Positions 18,454 through 29,041 of a DNA stretch of 64,000 nucleotides are shown piece by piece (position 1 is the stretch's first letter; every line of letters starts with the position of its first letter). The translations under genes and the position numbers were made by a program. The notes beneath the pieces are model-generated. The model saw nothing but the letters and a program-made list of their open reading frames with translations. It did no database searches and was not told the DNA's origin. This DNA is from an uncultured delta proteobacterium. GTDB lineage: Bacteria > Desulfobacterota > Desulfobacteria > Desulfobacterales > SG8-13. The stretch is from contig CAWKCK010000017.1 of NCBI GenBank assembly GCA_963848135.1, positions 558,001-622,000 of the forward strand, in the 5' to 3' direction.

Positions 18454-21009
18454 TCAATCGCATCCGTTGGCCACCGTGCAAATGGAAAGCCTTCGACCAT
18501 CAGAAGTCAAGGAAATGGCACCGTCCGTATCGGTGCGTATGAGGCGGGTTTGCTGCTGGCGGTAACGATCGATCACCTCCGGATGAGGGAATTTATAACG
18601 GTTCTGCCACCCGGCGGATATGATGCCGATCAATGGCTGAACCGTGCGAACGAAGCCGGGAGTGCTCGATGAGGCACTGCCGTGATGGGGGATAATTAGT
18701 ACCGTGCTTTTCACTCTTTCGCCGGCATACATTACGAGTTCTTCTTCGGCTTTGGCGGTGATATCTCCGGGAAACATAAAAGAAATCTTGCCGTGAGTGA
18801 CCTTGATCACAAGTGAATTATTATTGAGGTTGCGCCAGCGATCCACGCGTTTGCGTTTCTGAAAATCAAGTGGCGGATGGAGGATCTCGAATCGCACCCC
18901 ATTTCTGTAGAAAGTGCGATCAACCTGGTCGTAAACGGGGTAACCGATGCCTTTCTCCTCTAAAATGCGCAGGAAATGTCGAAAACCTGAAGTATTGCCC
19001 TCATCCCCATTGGTCAGGACCGTCTGGACATTGAAGTTTTCTGCAATAAACAACAATCCATTGAGGTGGTCACTGTTGGGGTGGGTCAATACGATCGTCT
19101 CAACGGTTCTTATTTTGTTGCGCCACAAGAATGGGGCGATTACTCGCGCACCGACGTCGAAGACCGCGTTGTCCGAATAACCGCCACCGTCGATCAACAT
19201 GCAAGCCCCTCCGGGTAATTCCAACAATACGGCACTCCCCTGCCCCACGTCGAAAACGGTGGCGCGCAGATCCTGCAGCCAGAACCTTTGATACATCCAA
19301 AAGCCCACATCCGCCGAAAGTGCTGTCAGTAGAACCACCAAAACGATCCAAAGCCGTCTGATGTTGTGACCGTTATCAATTATCCCTGAAAATCGCTCTC
19401 CGGTGCCTCCTCGCACTGAAATTGCTGCTGCACCATGGGCCATTCTAATCTTTACGATTGTCCAGGCAATAAGTCCGTAACAGACCATTTCGAGCATAGA
19501 TGGCGTTACGGTCCGAATAGCGGCAAAAGAGAAGGCCGACAGTATATCCACAAGGTTGAGCGACCACTCGACGATATCCGATGCCATCTTTAAAACCGTT
19601 TCTGCGGCTTGCTGACTGATCGGAAGAAGAGCAACCGCTATAAGACCACTTGGTACAACACCAAAGCCGATCAGGGGAACGAAAATACTGTTGGCCAGAA
19701 TTCCGATCAGCGATACCTGGTTGAAATAATACATGGCCAAGGGCAAGGTCCCGATGGTTGCCAACAATGATACGAGAAACAAGGTCAGAATGTTGTTTCC
19801 AATCCGCCGCGCGAAGTTAACGGGACCCAAATCTTTGTTTAATCGAAAACAACCCATACCAGCGATGATCGCCAATACAGCGGAAAAAGAGAATTGAAAG
19901 GATATGGAAAAAAGCACCGGCGGATGAATCACGAGAAGCACAATTGCGGCCACACAGAGGCTGTTCAACAGATCTTGATCTCTTTCAACCAAGTAGGTCA
20001 GCATAAATACCCCCACCATCACCACGGCTCTTTGGGTGGAGGGTGACATCCCGGAGAGCAAGGCATACAATAACACAGGGGGTAGCGCGCCAACAGCCGC
20101 CCATTTGCGACCGCTGGCCGTCCATAAGAACCAGGGAATCCATGCTAAGGTTCGGTTGAGAAGGAAAAAAACCGCTGAGGCAACGATGCCGATGTGCAGG
20201 CCGGATATTGCCAACAAATGCCCTATGCCCACCCGGTGAAACGTCTCGGTTCTCTGCGATGTCAAACGGCTGCGGTCGCCGAGTATCAGGGCCGCCAGTA
20301 CGGCCCGATGATCGCCCGGTGGTAACCGATCGATGAGGCCATAGACGCGGTACCGTGCCCTTTCTATCAGGTCCTGGATAACACTTTGCGGTTCCGTGGG
20401 CAGCACTGTCAACGATTTCTGCTGACAGTAGGCCGTTACCCAAACTTTTTCAAAAGCCAGATATCGCTCATAATCGAACCCGCCGGGATTATAAAAATTC
20501 CTTACCCGCCGAAGACGGCTATCAAATACGATACGGTCGCTCCGGCGAATAGTTGTCCCGTCCCCTACTGTCGTCACCCGGATCCGACCAGTGATGGGCA
20601 ACCGGCGGTCCTTGGTATCGATAGACTCGCCAGAAAGAAAAAACGAGGTACGGTTACCGTGAATTTTCGGCTGAGAAGAGACTGTTCCGGTAATACGCCA
20701 CTTTTGCGTGCCGGCAAAGTGAACGATATGGTGGGGTGGGAAACGGGGAGCGATCCAGGGTTGGATCGAAAGGTACCCCAACAGAAAAAATACCAGGATG
20801 GGCGTCAGCCGTGCAAATTTTTGCCGTAATAAAAAGTATAGACCAAGCGCGGCAAACCCTGCCAGACCGATGATACTCGCGGCTAACATGCCCGGAAAAC
20901 GGACACCGACGGAGATACCGGCCATAAGTGAAAGGACTATCGGGGCAATCGGCCGTGTGTATGCCTTATCAAACATCGGTTCGGCCTTGCGTATATAAGG
21001 TATTGGCAA
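18454..21009 (-). CDS. comEC: DNA internalization competence protein ComEC/Rec2
   Basis: NPGGFDY, HLLAISGLHIG, SISFQFSF, DVGQG, LTHPNSDHLNG, PHHGS. Confidence 0.95.
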   Translation of the reverse strand: MPIPYIRKAEPMFDKAYTRPIAPIVLSLMAGISVGVRFPGMLAASIIGLAGFAALGLYFLLRQKFARLTPILVFFLLGYLSIQPWIAPRFPPHHIVHFAGTQKWRITGTVSSQPKIHGNRTSFFLSGESIDTKDRRLPITGRIRVTTVGDGTTIRRSDRIVFDSRLRRVRNFYNPGGFDYERYLAFEKVWVTAYCQQKSLTVLPTEPQSVIQDLIERARYRVYGLIDRLPPGDHRAVLAALILGDRSRLTSQRTETFHRVGIGHLLAISGLHIGIVASAVFFLLNRTLAWIPWFLWTASGRKWAAVGALPPVLLYALLSGMSPSTQRAVVMVGVFMLTYLVERDQDLLNSLCVAAIVLLVIHPPVLFSISFQFSFSAVLAIIAGMGCFRLNKDLGPVNFARRIGNNILTLFLVSLLATIGTLPLAMYYFNQVSLIGILANSIFVPLIGFGVVPSGLIAVALLPISQQAAETVLKMASDIVEWSLNLVDILSAFSFAAIRTVTPSMLEMVCYGLIAWTIVKIRMAHGAAAISVRGGTGERFSGIIDNGHNIRRLWIVLVVLLTALSADVGFWMYQRFWLQDLRATVFDVGQGSAVLLELPGGACMLIDGGGYSDNAVFDVGARVIAPFLWRNKIRTVETIVLTHPNSDHLNGLLFIAENFNVQTVLTNGDEGNTSGFRHFLRILEEKGIGYPVYDQVDRTFYRNGVRFEILHPPLDFQKRKRVDRWRNLNNNSLVIKVTHGKISFMFPGDITAKAEEELVMYAGERVKSTVLIIPHHGSASSSTPGFVRTVQPLIGIISAGWQNRYKFPHPEVIDRYRQQQTRLIRTDTDGAISLTSDGRRLSICTVANGCD

Positions 21010-21066
21010 GGTGCGGTGCCGGCGCAGTTCTCCTCTGCGATATCAGGGTATATCAATCGATCCCGA

Positions 21067-22320
21067 TCAGCTGGGTACCCTTTCTATGGCGGCGCCGAGG
21101 GTGGCGAATTTCTTCTCAATAGCCTGATAGCCGCGATCCAAATGGTAAACGCGGTTAACCTCAGTCACGCCTTTTGCCACCAGGCCTGCCAGGATCAATG
21201 ACGCACTGGCTCTCAAATCAGTGGCCATCACCGGTGCGGCCGACAATTGGGGTACCCCCCGCACGACTGCCGTATTCCCCGTGCACTGAATATCGGCACC
21301 CATGCGGTGCAATTCACTGACATGGATGAAACGGTTTTCGAAAATGGTTTCGGCGATGACACTCAATCCTTTGGCTACCGACATCAGAACCATGAATTGC
21401 GCCTGCATGTCGGTGGGGAAACCGGGATAGGGCTGTGTTTTGACATCCACGCTCATGACCTCGTCACTGCCGGTGACCGTTACGCGTTTGTCTTCGGTTC
21501 GTATTTTTGCGCCCGTCAACCTGAGTTTGTAAATACAGGCCTCCAGATGTTCCGGCTCGCAATTTACCAGCGTTATTTCTCCTGCTGTCAATGCTGCGGC
21601 AACCATAAAAGTGCCGGCCTCTATCCGATCGGGGATGATCGTACAGGTGGTCGGCTTCAACTCCGCGGTGCCATGAATTCTCAAAACCGCCGTTCCGGCG
21701 CCCTCCACGTTGGCCCCCATTTGGTTCAACACTTCTGCCAGTGCCACAATCTCGGGTTCGCGGGCCGCATTTCTCAGAACTGTCACCCCTTCTGCCAACG
21801 CAGCCGCCATCATCAGATTTTCTGTGCCTGTAACAGACGGAACGTCCAGATAGATGTCGGCACCTTTCAACCGATCAGCCTTTACATCCACATATCCATG
21901 CTTGAGATCGATGGTCGCCCCCAGAAGTGCCAGCCCTTTGAGATGTAGGTTAATGGGGCGGGCACCAATAGCACATCCTCCCGGCAGGGAAACGCGTGCA
22001 CGCTTCAGTCTGGCAACCAGCGGTCCCAACACCAGAATTGAGGCCCGCATTTTCCGGACGAGTTCATATGGGGCCTCGGGGTTGTTAAGACCGGCAGCGT
22101 TGATCCGCACGATGTCTTCTGTGCTCTCCACTGCGGCCCCAAGATGCCGCAGCAATTGCATAGTACTCTCAATGTCTTTCAAACCCGGTACGTTACTGAA
22201 TTCATTCCATCCGTCGGTTAACAGAGCCGATACAAGTATCGGCAATGCCGCGTTCTTGGCACCACTGATGGTGACATCACCCCGCAGGGTATGACCGCCC
22301 TCCACTCGTATTTTATCCAT
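21067..22320 (-). CDS. murA: UDP-N-acetylglucosamine 1-carboxyvinyltransferase
   Basis: [53 protein letters not shown]. Confidence 0.98.
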   Translation of the reverse strand: MDKIRVEGGHTLRGDVTISGAKNAALPILVSALLTDGWNEFSNVPGLKDIESTMQLLRHLGAAVESTEDIVRINAAGLNNPEAPYELVRKMRASILVLGPLVARLKRARVSLPGGCAIGARPINLHLKGLALLGATIDLKHGYVDVKADRLKGADIYLDVPSVTGTENLMMAAALAEGVTVLRNAAREPEIVALAEVLNQMGANVEGAGTAVLRIHGTAELKPTTCTIIPDRIEAGTFMVAAALTAGEITLVNCEPEHLEACIYKLRLTGAKIRTEDKRVTVTGSDEVMSVDVKTQPYPGFPTDMQAQFMVLMSVAKGLSVIAETIFENRFIHVSELHRMGADIQCTGNTAVVRGVPQLSAAPVMATDLRASASLILAGLVAKGVTEVNRVYHLDRGYQAIEKKFATLGAAIERVPS

Positions 22321-22435
22321 GTATTTGGATTCCCGGTTCTCTTTATTTGGGTGAAAAAACGAAAAAAGCGCTTACCCGCAAACATCCATCAGGGGGCAAG
22401 CGCTTTCAATTTTTAAACAGTCACGACGTATAAGA

Positions 22436-22594
22436 TCAGTGATGATGACTGCCATTGTCTTTTTGGGTGTCTAGAACGGCCTTAATGACACAATACGTCA
22501 TCCCGAGACCAATGATGGTCAGGGCGTACCAGAGCCCGCCGTGAAATACCATGTGCCCCATATCCCATATCCATTCGAAACTAAACGGAAACAT
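22436..22594 (-). CDS. 52-aa small membrane protein downstream of qrcD (absent from the ORF track)
   Basis: manual translation MFPFSFEWIWDMGHMVFHGGLWYALTIIGLGMTYCVIKAVLDTQKDNGSHHH*; AGGAGG RBS at 22606-22601; 16 nt after the qrcD stop. Confidence 0.8.
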   Translation of the reverse strand: MFPFSFEWIWDMGHMVFHGGLWYALTIIGLGMTYCVIKAVLDTQKDNGSHHH

Positions 22595-22610
22595 CTCTTA
22601 CCTCCTCGGT

Positions 22611-23942
22611 TCAGGCCTGGGCCGGTTGAAGATCTCCTGCAGGCGCCTCTGGACGATCCGGTTCGCTATCCGGTACGGTTTCTTCCGCTTCGATCGCCGG
22701 CGGTGATTCAATGGGGTTCAACTCTGCTTCCTGCGGAAAAATTGGCAAGTAGCGATACGACAGGGATATCAGAATGATCCCATAGGCTACCGGCAGTATG
22801 GTGGTCGCCACCTCCTGCCAGCTGGGATAATAAAGCACCCATTGTATAAACGGTAAAACCGGTACGGCCAGCACCTGAAGCACCAGAACCCAACGATTTA
22901 GGCTCACACCGATAACCGCCAGGATCACCGCCAACCAGAGTATTTTATTGTTTTCGCGTGTTTTGCGGCTGACCAGAAGTAGCGCCGGTAACCAGCCACA
23001 GAGAAACAGCTCGACAAACAGGATCCAGTACCCGTAAAGGGCATTATTGGTGTAAAAGTGGCTCAGGACAAACCCTTTTGACGGGGCTGTGACGAAGGCC
23101 CAGTAGATGGTGTCAAGCGTCTTGGCCGCCGCATAGGTAAGCATCATCCAACCCGATATCTTGGCCAGTAGCCAGATCACGTTATCTTTCACCAGTTTCT
23201 TGCGCGTAATTTTCTCGGTTATTTTGGTGATCATTATCGTAAAGCACGGCCCGTAAGCCGCCGCCGACCAGGTAAACAGAAAAAAGCTAAACGGCCAAAT
23301 GAGGATATGCTCCCGAAATCCAAATGGCCGCCCGAATAGAACCCCGGACACGCCACCAAGTGATCCCTGGTGGAAGAAAGAAAGAAACGCTCCGGTGGCG
23401 GCAAAGATCGCCATGATTTCGTGCATGTTGTGGCTCAGTTTGTGAAAAAATGGCACTCTATCGAGTTGGCGGTTTTCGAGCATCAGCGGAAGGTACTCAA
23501 TCGTCAGCACAAAGAAATAGCAGGTGAGGCAAAATGCCACCTCCGTCAACATGGAATGGACGTTGGCATGCCAGAAAATAAACCAGCCTCGCAAGGGCTG
23601 CCCGATATCAATGGCCAGAATCAACAGGGCCGAGCTGTAGCACACGAAACCGATTAATACCGCGTAGTTGATGATGTTCTTGAGTTCATCCTTCCCCACG
23701 AGATACTTGAGGAAACCGGAGAAAAAAGCGCCGCCTCCCAAGGCGATCACCGCCAGGTCGGCCCAGATCCACAAAGCAAATCCGTATGCATTGTTCATGT
23801 TGGTCTGGTTGAGACCTTTCAGCCAACAAAGCAACATGGCATATACGCCCCAGAGCAAAATCAGGGCAACCGGCGTAAGACCGGCCAGAAATTGCCACAA
23901 TGGACAGCGTTTCGTTCCTTTGGGTATCAATGCAGCGTCCAT
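22611..23942 (-). CDS. qrcD: menaquinone reductase integral membrane subunit (NrfD/PsrC family)
   Basis: ALWIWADLAVIALGGGAFF, DIGQPLR, SFFHQGSLGG, YYPSWQE; operon order A-B-C-D. Confidence 0.9.
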   Translation of the reverse strand: MDAALIPKGTKRCPLWQFLAGLTPVALILLWGVYAMLLCWLKGLNQTNMNNAYGFALWIWADLAVIALGGGAFFSGFLKYLVGKDELKNIINYAVLIGFVCYSSALLILAIDIGQPLRGWFIFWHANVHSMLTEVAFCLTCYFFVLTIEYLPLMLENRQLDRVPFFHKLSHNMHEIMAIFAATGAFLSFFHQGSLGGVSGVLFGRPFGFREHILIWPFSFFLFTWSAAAYGPCFTIMITKITEKITRKKLVKDNVIWLLAKISGWMMLTYAAAKTLDTIYWAFVTAPSKGFVLSHFYTNNALYGYWILFVELFLCGWLPALLLVSRKTRENNKILWLAVILAVIGVSLNRWVLVLQVLAVPVLPFIQWVLYYPSWQEVATTILPVAYGIILISLSYRYLPIFPQEAELNPIESPPAIEAEETVPDSEPDRPEAPAGDLQPAQA

Positions 23943-24058
23943 AATTTCCTCGCTCCTCAGTATCTATTGGATAATCTGGTTGATAACCTGCCGGTCTTCC
24001 CGATCCGCGGCAAGTATTCAGCGCCTGAGCGAACGATTTTCACGTTCGGTCCGGCCTG

Positions 24059-24853
24059 TCAGGCTTTATTCGGTTTATCCTCATAGTTATCGCCCAGGCG
24101 ACGCACCCATTCACGACTGGAGTGGTAGTAAACCTTGGTATTGGTTCCCAAACGTTCCAGTAACCGGAAAACATCCTTGGCCCGTGGTTTGCCGCCGTGA
24201 CTGTTATCCGGTTGCGCCAGCTTGGTCACCGCGTGCTTCGGATTATTGAGGTCGCCGAAGGTAATCGCCCCCGCCGGACAGGCCTGGGTGCAGGCCGTTT
24301 GATATTCTTGTTCATCGACATGGTCTCGGCCCTCGTAATACGCTTGGTCCTTGGCCCTTTGGTAGCGATGAAAACAGAAGCTGCATTTTTCAACAACGCC
24401 GCGCATGCGCACAGAAACATCCGGGCTCAGCGATTTTTCCATTCCATCGGGCCAAACCGGATCCCACCAGTTGAATAACCGGACGTGATACGGACAGGCC
24501 GCCATGCAGTACCGGCACCCGAAACAGCGCGTGTAGATCTGACTGACAATTCCGGTGTTGCTGTCATAATCGGTGGCTGTTGCCGGACAAACGGACACGC
24601 AGGGAGAATGGCCATGTTGCCCTTCGCAGTGTTGGCATGGCCGTGGAAGATAACACACATCTGCTTCCGGGAATGGCTTACGGTTGTTCAACTTGTAAAC
24701 CCGGAGCCAAGAAACAGTGAGCAGCTTGTCCGTTTCGTCTTCACGGAAGGGCACGTTGTTTTCGGCCATACAGGCCACCATGCAGGAACCGCATCCGGTG
24801 CACTTGTCGAGATCAATGACCATTCCGAATCTATGGGCTTTTTCCTGTTTCAT
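24059..24853 (-). CDS. qrcC: menaquinone reductase Fe-S subunit
   Basis: CTGCGSCMVAC, CQHC..CVSVCP, CFGCRYCMAACP, CSFC..CTQACP. Confidence 0.9.
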   Translation of the reverse strand: MKQEKAHRFGMVIDLDKCTGCGSCMVACMAENNVPFREDETDKLLTVSWLRVYKLNNRKPFPEADVCYLPRPCQHCEGQHGHSPCVSVCPATATDYDSNTGIVSQIYTRCFGCRYCMAACPYHVRLFNWWDPVWPDGMEKSLSPDVSVRMRGVVEKCSFCFHRYQRAKDQAYYEGRDHVDEQEYQTACTQACPAGAITFGDLNNPKHAVTKLAQPDNSHGGKPRAKDVFRLLERLGTNTKVYYHSSREWVRRLGDNYEDKPNKA

Positions 24854-24927
24854 CTGTACCTCATCGCCGGTTTATATTGAGGGGTCAAGCCGCCGGCAAC
24901 AGGCCGCTTCCCCTGCTGGTCTTTCTG

Positions 24928-27141
24928 TTAGGCCCTGGTTAGTTTCGCCCGGATTCCCCAAGCGGCATCGAATCCGGTTGCGGGATCTTCAACCGGAGCC
25001 ATCAAGGCATTGATATTGGCGCCCTTTCCGGCCAGGTTCTTTTCAAAGGCAGTATGCCCCAATCCCCGCGGTAAGCCCACCAGACCCGGCATCATTCCAT
25101 TATAGTAATGGATCCGTACATTGGCCTCTCCGTTGGGAGTCGACAATACAGCATGGCTGTTGTCTTGGAATCCGATGGCTTTGGCTGTGGTGGGATTGAT
25201 TTCCACCAGGACATCGTTGCCCTTTAAAATTGTATCCTCTACGGTTTTGATCACGAATTGAGGGTCGCCAATATAACCGTTCCACAAGCGCATCGTGTCG
25301 AACGGTATCAGTACCAGTGGGAACTTGGCTTCATCACCGGCCGGTTTAACCGGTGCGAAACGCGGCATGGCATCGATAGCCGGGTTGACGAATTCAAACC
25401 GGGAAGACTCGGTTTCAAAGGCCTGGTTCCAAGCCGGCGGACTGAAATCCGAATCGACCCAGAAACCATGTTCGAGAAGCACATCCCATTTGTCGCCCAT
25501 GGTCTCTTCGAGACACTCCTGATAGTTCGCCCAGGGGAAAGCCGAAGCGACGGACCCCCCTACAGCCTGTGCCAGTTGTATGACTACATCGCCGGTGTGC
25601 ATGGTGTCAAAGAGCGGTTCGACGACCGGTGTGGTCAGGTTGATCAGCGGCCGATTGAACCCGGCGGCAACCGGTCGGTCCTCGTAACGCTCCAGGTAAG
25701 TGGGACTCGGTAAAACAAGATCAGCAAGAGCCGCTGTCTCTCCCATGTAAGCGGAAAAACTGACGACCAGGGGAATCTTCTTAATGGCATCCGTGACTGT
25801 GGCGCTGTTTGGCAGCGAATAGGCCGGGTTGGCATCGGCAACAAACAACACCTGAATCGGTGAGTCCACGCCTGAATTGACGTTCTCCGGTAAGCGGTTG
25901 AGCAGATAACGAGCATGCGGGTACTTGCTGGTGCCGGCCATGTCGATTCGTTTCTGCTGCATCCCGGCGGCGGCAATGTCGTCCATCTCGGGTTCTGGCC
26001 AACTGATGTATTCCGGCTCGGGAATCGCCCAGACGCCGCCGTCTCTGCCGATGTTTCCAACCAGGGCATTGAGGGCGTGAACGGACAGGAATTCCTGCAC
26101 ACTGCCGGGCACGAGTCCTTTGCCTCGACCGCAGATGGCCAATGGCCTTTTTGCCCGTGCAAAATCCCTGGCCAATTTTGCCGTGACATCACCTTCCACA
26201 CCGGTAATCTCAGCCACCCTGGCCGGGCTGTAACCGTCCAGGACCTGTTGCTTCCAGATTTCGAATCCCTTGGTGTTTTCAGTGATAAATTCAGCCCGGT
26301 AGAGTGACTCTTTGATGATCACGTGGGCCATTCCCAATGCCAGAACACCCTCGGTACCGGGGTTGATTGCGACCCACTTGTCAGCTTTGGCAGCCGTATT
26401 TGACAATCGGGGTTCGATTTGAATCAGCCTTCCGCCGTTATCCCGCCAGCGGCTGTGTGCTTGAAACATATGGACCGGCGTCCCCCAGCCTTCAAGAAGA
26501 CCGCTGCCGAAACTGACGACCATATCACTGTTATCGATGTCGAATCCGGCCATGGCCCGCACACCCTGCATCAGATTCAGGGTGAGTTCATAGTTGTCCT
26601 GCATGGTAGGCATGCGAAAAAATTGAGGTGAACCATAAACCGTCAAAAATCGGTTCAGCAACTGCGACACGGTCCCTCGGTCTGAATCGGCAATAGCTGC
26701 GACACTGTGAGCGTGCCCCACGGACCGCAGGTCTTTAAGTTTGGCGGTGATTTCCGTTATAGCGTCTTCCCAGGAGATTTCGACAAACCTGCCGTTTACT
26801 TTTTTCAAGGGCGATTTGACCCGCCGCGGTCCATAAAGCAGCTGCGTCCCAGCCAACCCCAACGTGCAGAGATTGCCGTCATTGATCGGGTGACCCGGCA
26901 GACCTTCGATTTTCACGGTCCGCTCTCCCACCTTTCGGACACTGATACCACATCCCCCCGGACAAAGCGTACAAGCCGATTTAACGTAAGAGACATCTCC
27001 CCTTTCGGGAACCGGTATCCATGGCCACATCTGGGACCAGATCGCTATGTCATCGGTCAGTTTCCAGGGCAACGGTGAAAGTGTGGTCCCAGCTGCGCCG
27101 CCAATCAAAAACGACAAGAAACTTCTTCTGTCAATCTTCAT
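24928..27141 (-). CDS. qrcB: menaquinone reductase molybdopterin-oxidoreductase-like subunit
   Basis: Tat signal DRRSFL, PLPWKLTDDIAIWSQ, CTLCPGGC..C, DMSO-reductase-family fold motifs. Confidence 0.88.
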   Translation of the reverse strand: MKIDRRSFLSFLIGGAAGTTLSPLPWKLTDDIAIWSQMWPWIPVPERGDVSYVKSACTLCPGGCGISVRKVGERTVKIEGLPGHPINDGNLCTLGLAGTQLLYGPRRVKSPLKKVNGRFVEISWEDAITEITAKLKDLRSVGHAHSVAAIADSDRGTVSQLLNRFLTVYGSPQFFRMPTMQDNYELTLNLMQGVRAMAGFDIDNSDMVVSFGSGLLEGWGTPVHMFQAHSRWRDNGGRLIQIEPRLSNTAAKADKWVAINPGTEGVLALGMAHVIIKESLYRAEFITENTKGFEIWKQQVLDGYSPARVAEITGVEGDVTAKLARDFARAKRPLAICGRGKGLVPGSVQEFLSVHALNALVGNIGRDGGVWAIPEPEYISWPEPEMDDIAAAGMQQKRIDMAGTSKYPHARYLLNRLPENVNSGVDSPIQVLFVADANPAYSLPNSATVTDAIKKIPLVVSFSAYMGETAALADLVLPSPTYLERYEDRPVAAGFNRPLINLTTPVVEPLFDTMHTGDVVIQLAQAVGGSVASAFPWANYQECLEETMGDKWDVLLEHGFWVDSDFSPPAWNQAFETESSRFEFVNPAIDAMPRFAPVKPAGDEAKFPLVLIPFDTMRLWNGYIGDPQFVIKTVEDTILKGNDVLVEINPTTAKAIGFQDNSHAVLSTPNGEANVRIHYYNGMMPGLVGLPRGLGHTAFEKNLAGKGANINALMAPVEDPATGFDAAWGIRAKLTRA

Positions 27142-27215
27142 CTATCAATCCCCTTATACCTGCACATACAACCAAAAGTTTAAAGGAGCCGATCCCTGTA
27201 AGAAAACAACCGGAT

Positions 27216-27926
27216 TTATTTATGGCAAACGAAACAGCCCCCCCGATGCGTTTGTACGCTTCCTTGATTGACCTTTTCCTTCTTGTGGCAGTTGGCACAA
27301 TCATCCATCTTCATTCGGTCCCAGGTATTACGCTTGATTCCACCAATGTTGTGGCCCCAGATATCACGACTATAACGGGAGATCCTGTTTTCCTCATACG
27401 GCCTCAGACTTTCGGATTCGCCGATGTCACCGTGGCAGGTAACGCAATCCATTTCGCCCTTTTTAACGTGGGCAGCGTGGGAAAAAAAGACGCAGGGTGG
27501 CTGCCGGGAATAAATCATCCACGGTACTTCACGGCCTGCTTGGACATACTCGGTGACGAAGTACTCTTCGGCCTCACTGTCACCCTGCACTTCTTCATGG
27601 CAGTCGATACATTGGGCAAGTTTTGGAACGCCGGAATAAGTGCCGTCCTCACGGAAAAAGTGGCAGCTTTCACAGCCCTCATCAACCAACTCGTTGTGTA
27701 GCGCATGATTGAATGCCACCGGTTGCTCTTTTTGGGAATAGAGTAGTTTGGGGAAAACCACCCATCCGACAACCAGGCTGGCCGCCAGGCCGACAATAAA
27801 AAACAGGATGATCGAAGCATTCGAACCATCCTGTGTATTTTCCCCGTTTCCCGAAGACGCCGTTTTCGATACCTGGTCGGCTTCACTCTCCGAATTCGTC
27901 CTCTCACGATCGTCTACTGCACTCAT
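27216..27926 (-). CDS. qrcA: membrane-anchored pentaheme cytochrome c subunit
   Basis: one TM helix and five CxxCH (CESCH, CIDCH, CVTCH, CANCH, CFVCH). Confidence 0.9.
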   Translation of the reverse strand: MSAVDDRERTNSESEADQVSKTASSGNGENTQDGSNASIILFFIVGLAASLVVGWVVFPKLLYSQKEQPVAFNHALHNELVDEGCESCHFFREDGTYSGVPKLAQCIDCHEEVQGDSEAEEYFVTEYVQAGREVPWMIYSRQPPCVFFSHAAHVKKGEMDCVTCHGDIGESESLRPYEENRISRYSRDIWGHNIGGIKRNTWDRMKMDDCANCHKKEKVNQGSVQTHRGGCFVCHK

Positions 27927-28150
27927 GTAAACTCCGTCTGTGAAAGATTGATGGGTTCACGGTCTGACGGAAGCCATCCCGTTTCTATCACTAACACCGG
28001 CGCGCCTGTTGCAATTGGCCCTTTGCTACCCAATTTGCCTTGCCGCAGACCACGATTTTTGAAACTATTGGTGCCGTTATAAAGCCACCCTGCCGCCTGG
28101 AAAAAATTTTTGCCTGTGTACCTTGAGAGCCGGTCTTTGTCAAGGGAAAA

Positions 28151-28996
28151 TCATTGCCCCATGGCACCGTAACTGTGCAATCCTGGCAGCAGGTTGACAC
28201 CGAAATAGGTGAACAGCACCGCAGCAAAACCGAGCACCGAAAGGTAGGCGATTCGTCGCCCGTGCCAACCACGCATCAATTTGGCATGCAGGAGCGTGGC
28301 ATATATGAACCACGTTATCAGTGACCATGTTTCTTTTGGATCCCAGCCCCAGTACCGTCCCCAGGCGGAGTTTGCCCAGACAGCGCCCGTGATGATACCG
28401 ACCGAAAGGAATAGAAACCCGAACATGATCATCTGCTGTGTCAGGCCATCGAGATCTTGCGCTTTCGGAAATCGATCAATTATCGCGCTTTTACCGGACA
28501 GTTCGCTTTGTCGAATGAGATACATGATACTGAGCCCGAAAGCGATGGCGAAAGCGGCATAACCGATAAAGCAGGCAAACACGTGGGCGATCAGCCAGTT
28601 GCTTTTTAATGCGGGCAGGAGCGGTTGGATCCGATCACTGATATTGGGCGACAATGACGCATAGGCGATCGCCAAGCTTGCCAAGGGCATCACAAATGCG
28701 CCGATGACCCGGTTACCATAGCGGCGTTCGATCACAAGGTAAAGACCGGCAATCGTCCAGGCAAAAAAGACCAACGACTCATAAAGATTCGACAGGGGGG
28801 CGTGCCCGAAACCCATCTGGTATGATTCCACCCAGCGCATGATGATACCGGCAGTATTGACGACAAGACCCAGCAAAGCCGCCCAGGTGGCCAGAATTCC
28901 AGGGGTCCGTCTCTTGAAAACCAGGGCCACGAGGTATAGGAACGCAGAAATACCGTATATGAATGTGGTTATGGAGAGTGTCAAGGAACTATTCAT
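28151..28996 (-). CDS. system II cytochrome c synthase (CcsA/ResC-type, WWD domain)
   Basis: PLSNLYES, PALKSNWL..H, WANSAWGRYWGWDPKETW, GLHSYG. Confidence 0.93.
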   Translation of the reverse strand: MNSSLTLSITTFIYGISAFLYLVALVFKRRTPGILATWAALLGLVVNTAGIIMRWVESYQMGFGHAPLSNLYESLVFFAWTIAGLYLVIERRYGNRVIGAFVMPLASLAIAYASLSPNISDRIQPLLPALKSNWLIAHVFACFIGYAAFAIAFGLSIMYLIRQSELSGKSAIIDRFPKAQDLDGLTQQMIMFGFLFLSVGIITGAVWANSAWGRYWGWDPKETWSLITWFIYATLLHAKLMRGWHGRRIAYLSVLGFAAVLFTYFGVNLLPGLHSYGAMGQ

Positions 28997-29041
28997 TTTA
29001 TATCCTCTTTCAATTTCCGGCCTAATGCGAAGAGTCCGCTA

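Noticed and set aside
24928..27141. Catalytic molybdoenzyme such as polysulfide or formate reductase
   Set aside because: Context with a pentaheme cytochrome, Fe-S and NrfD subunits and the PWKLTDD N-terminus fits QrcB, which is described as non-catalytic
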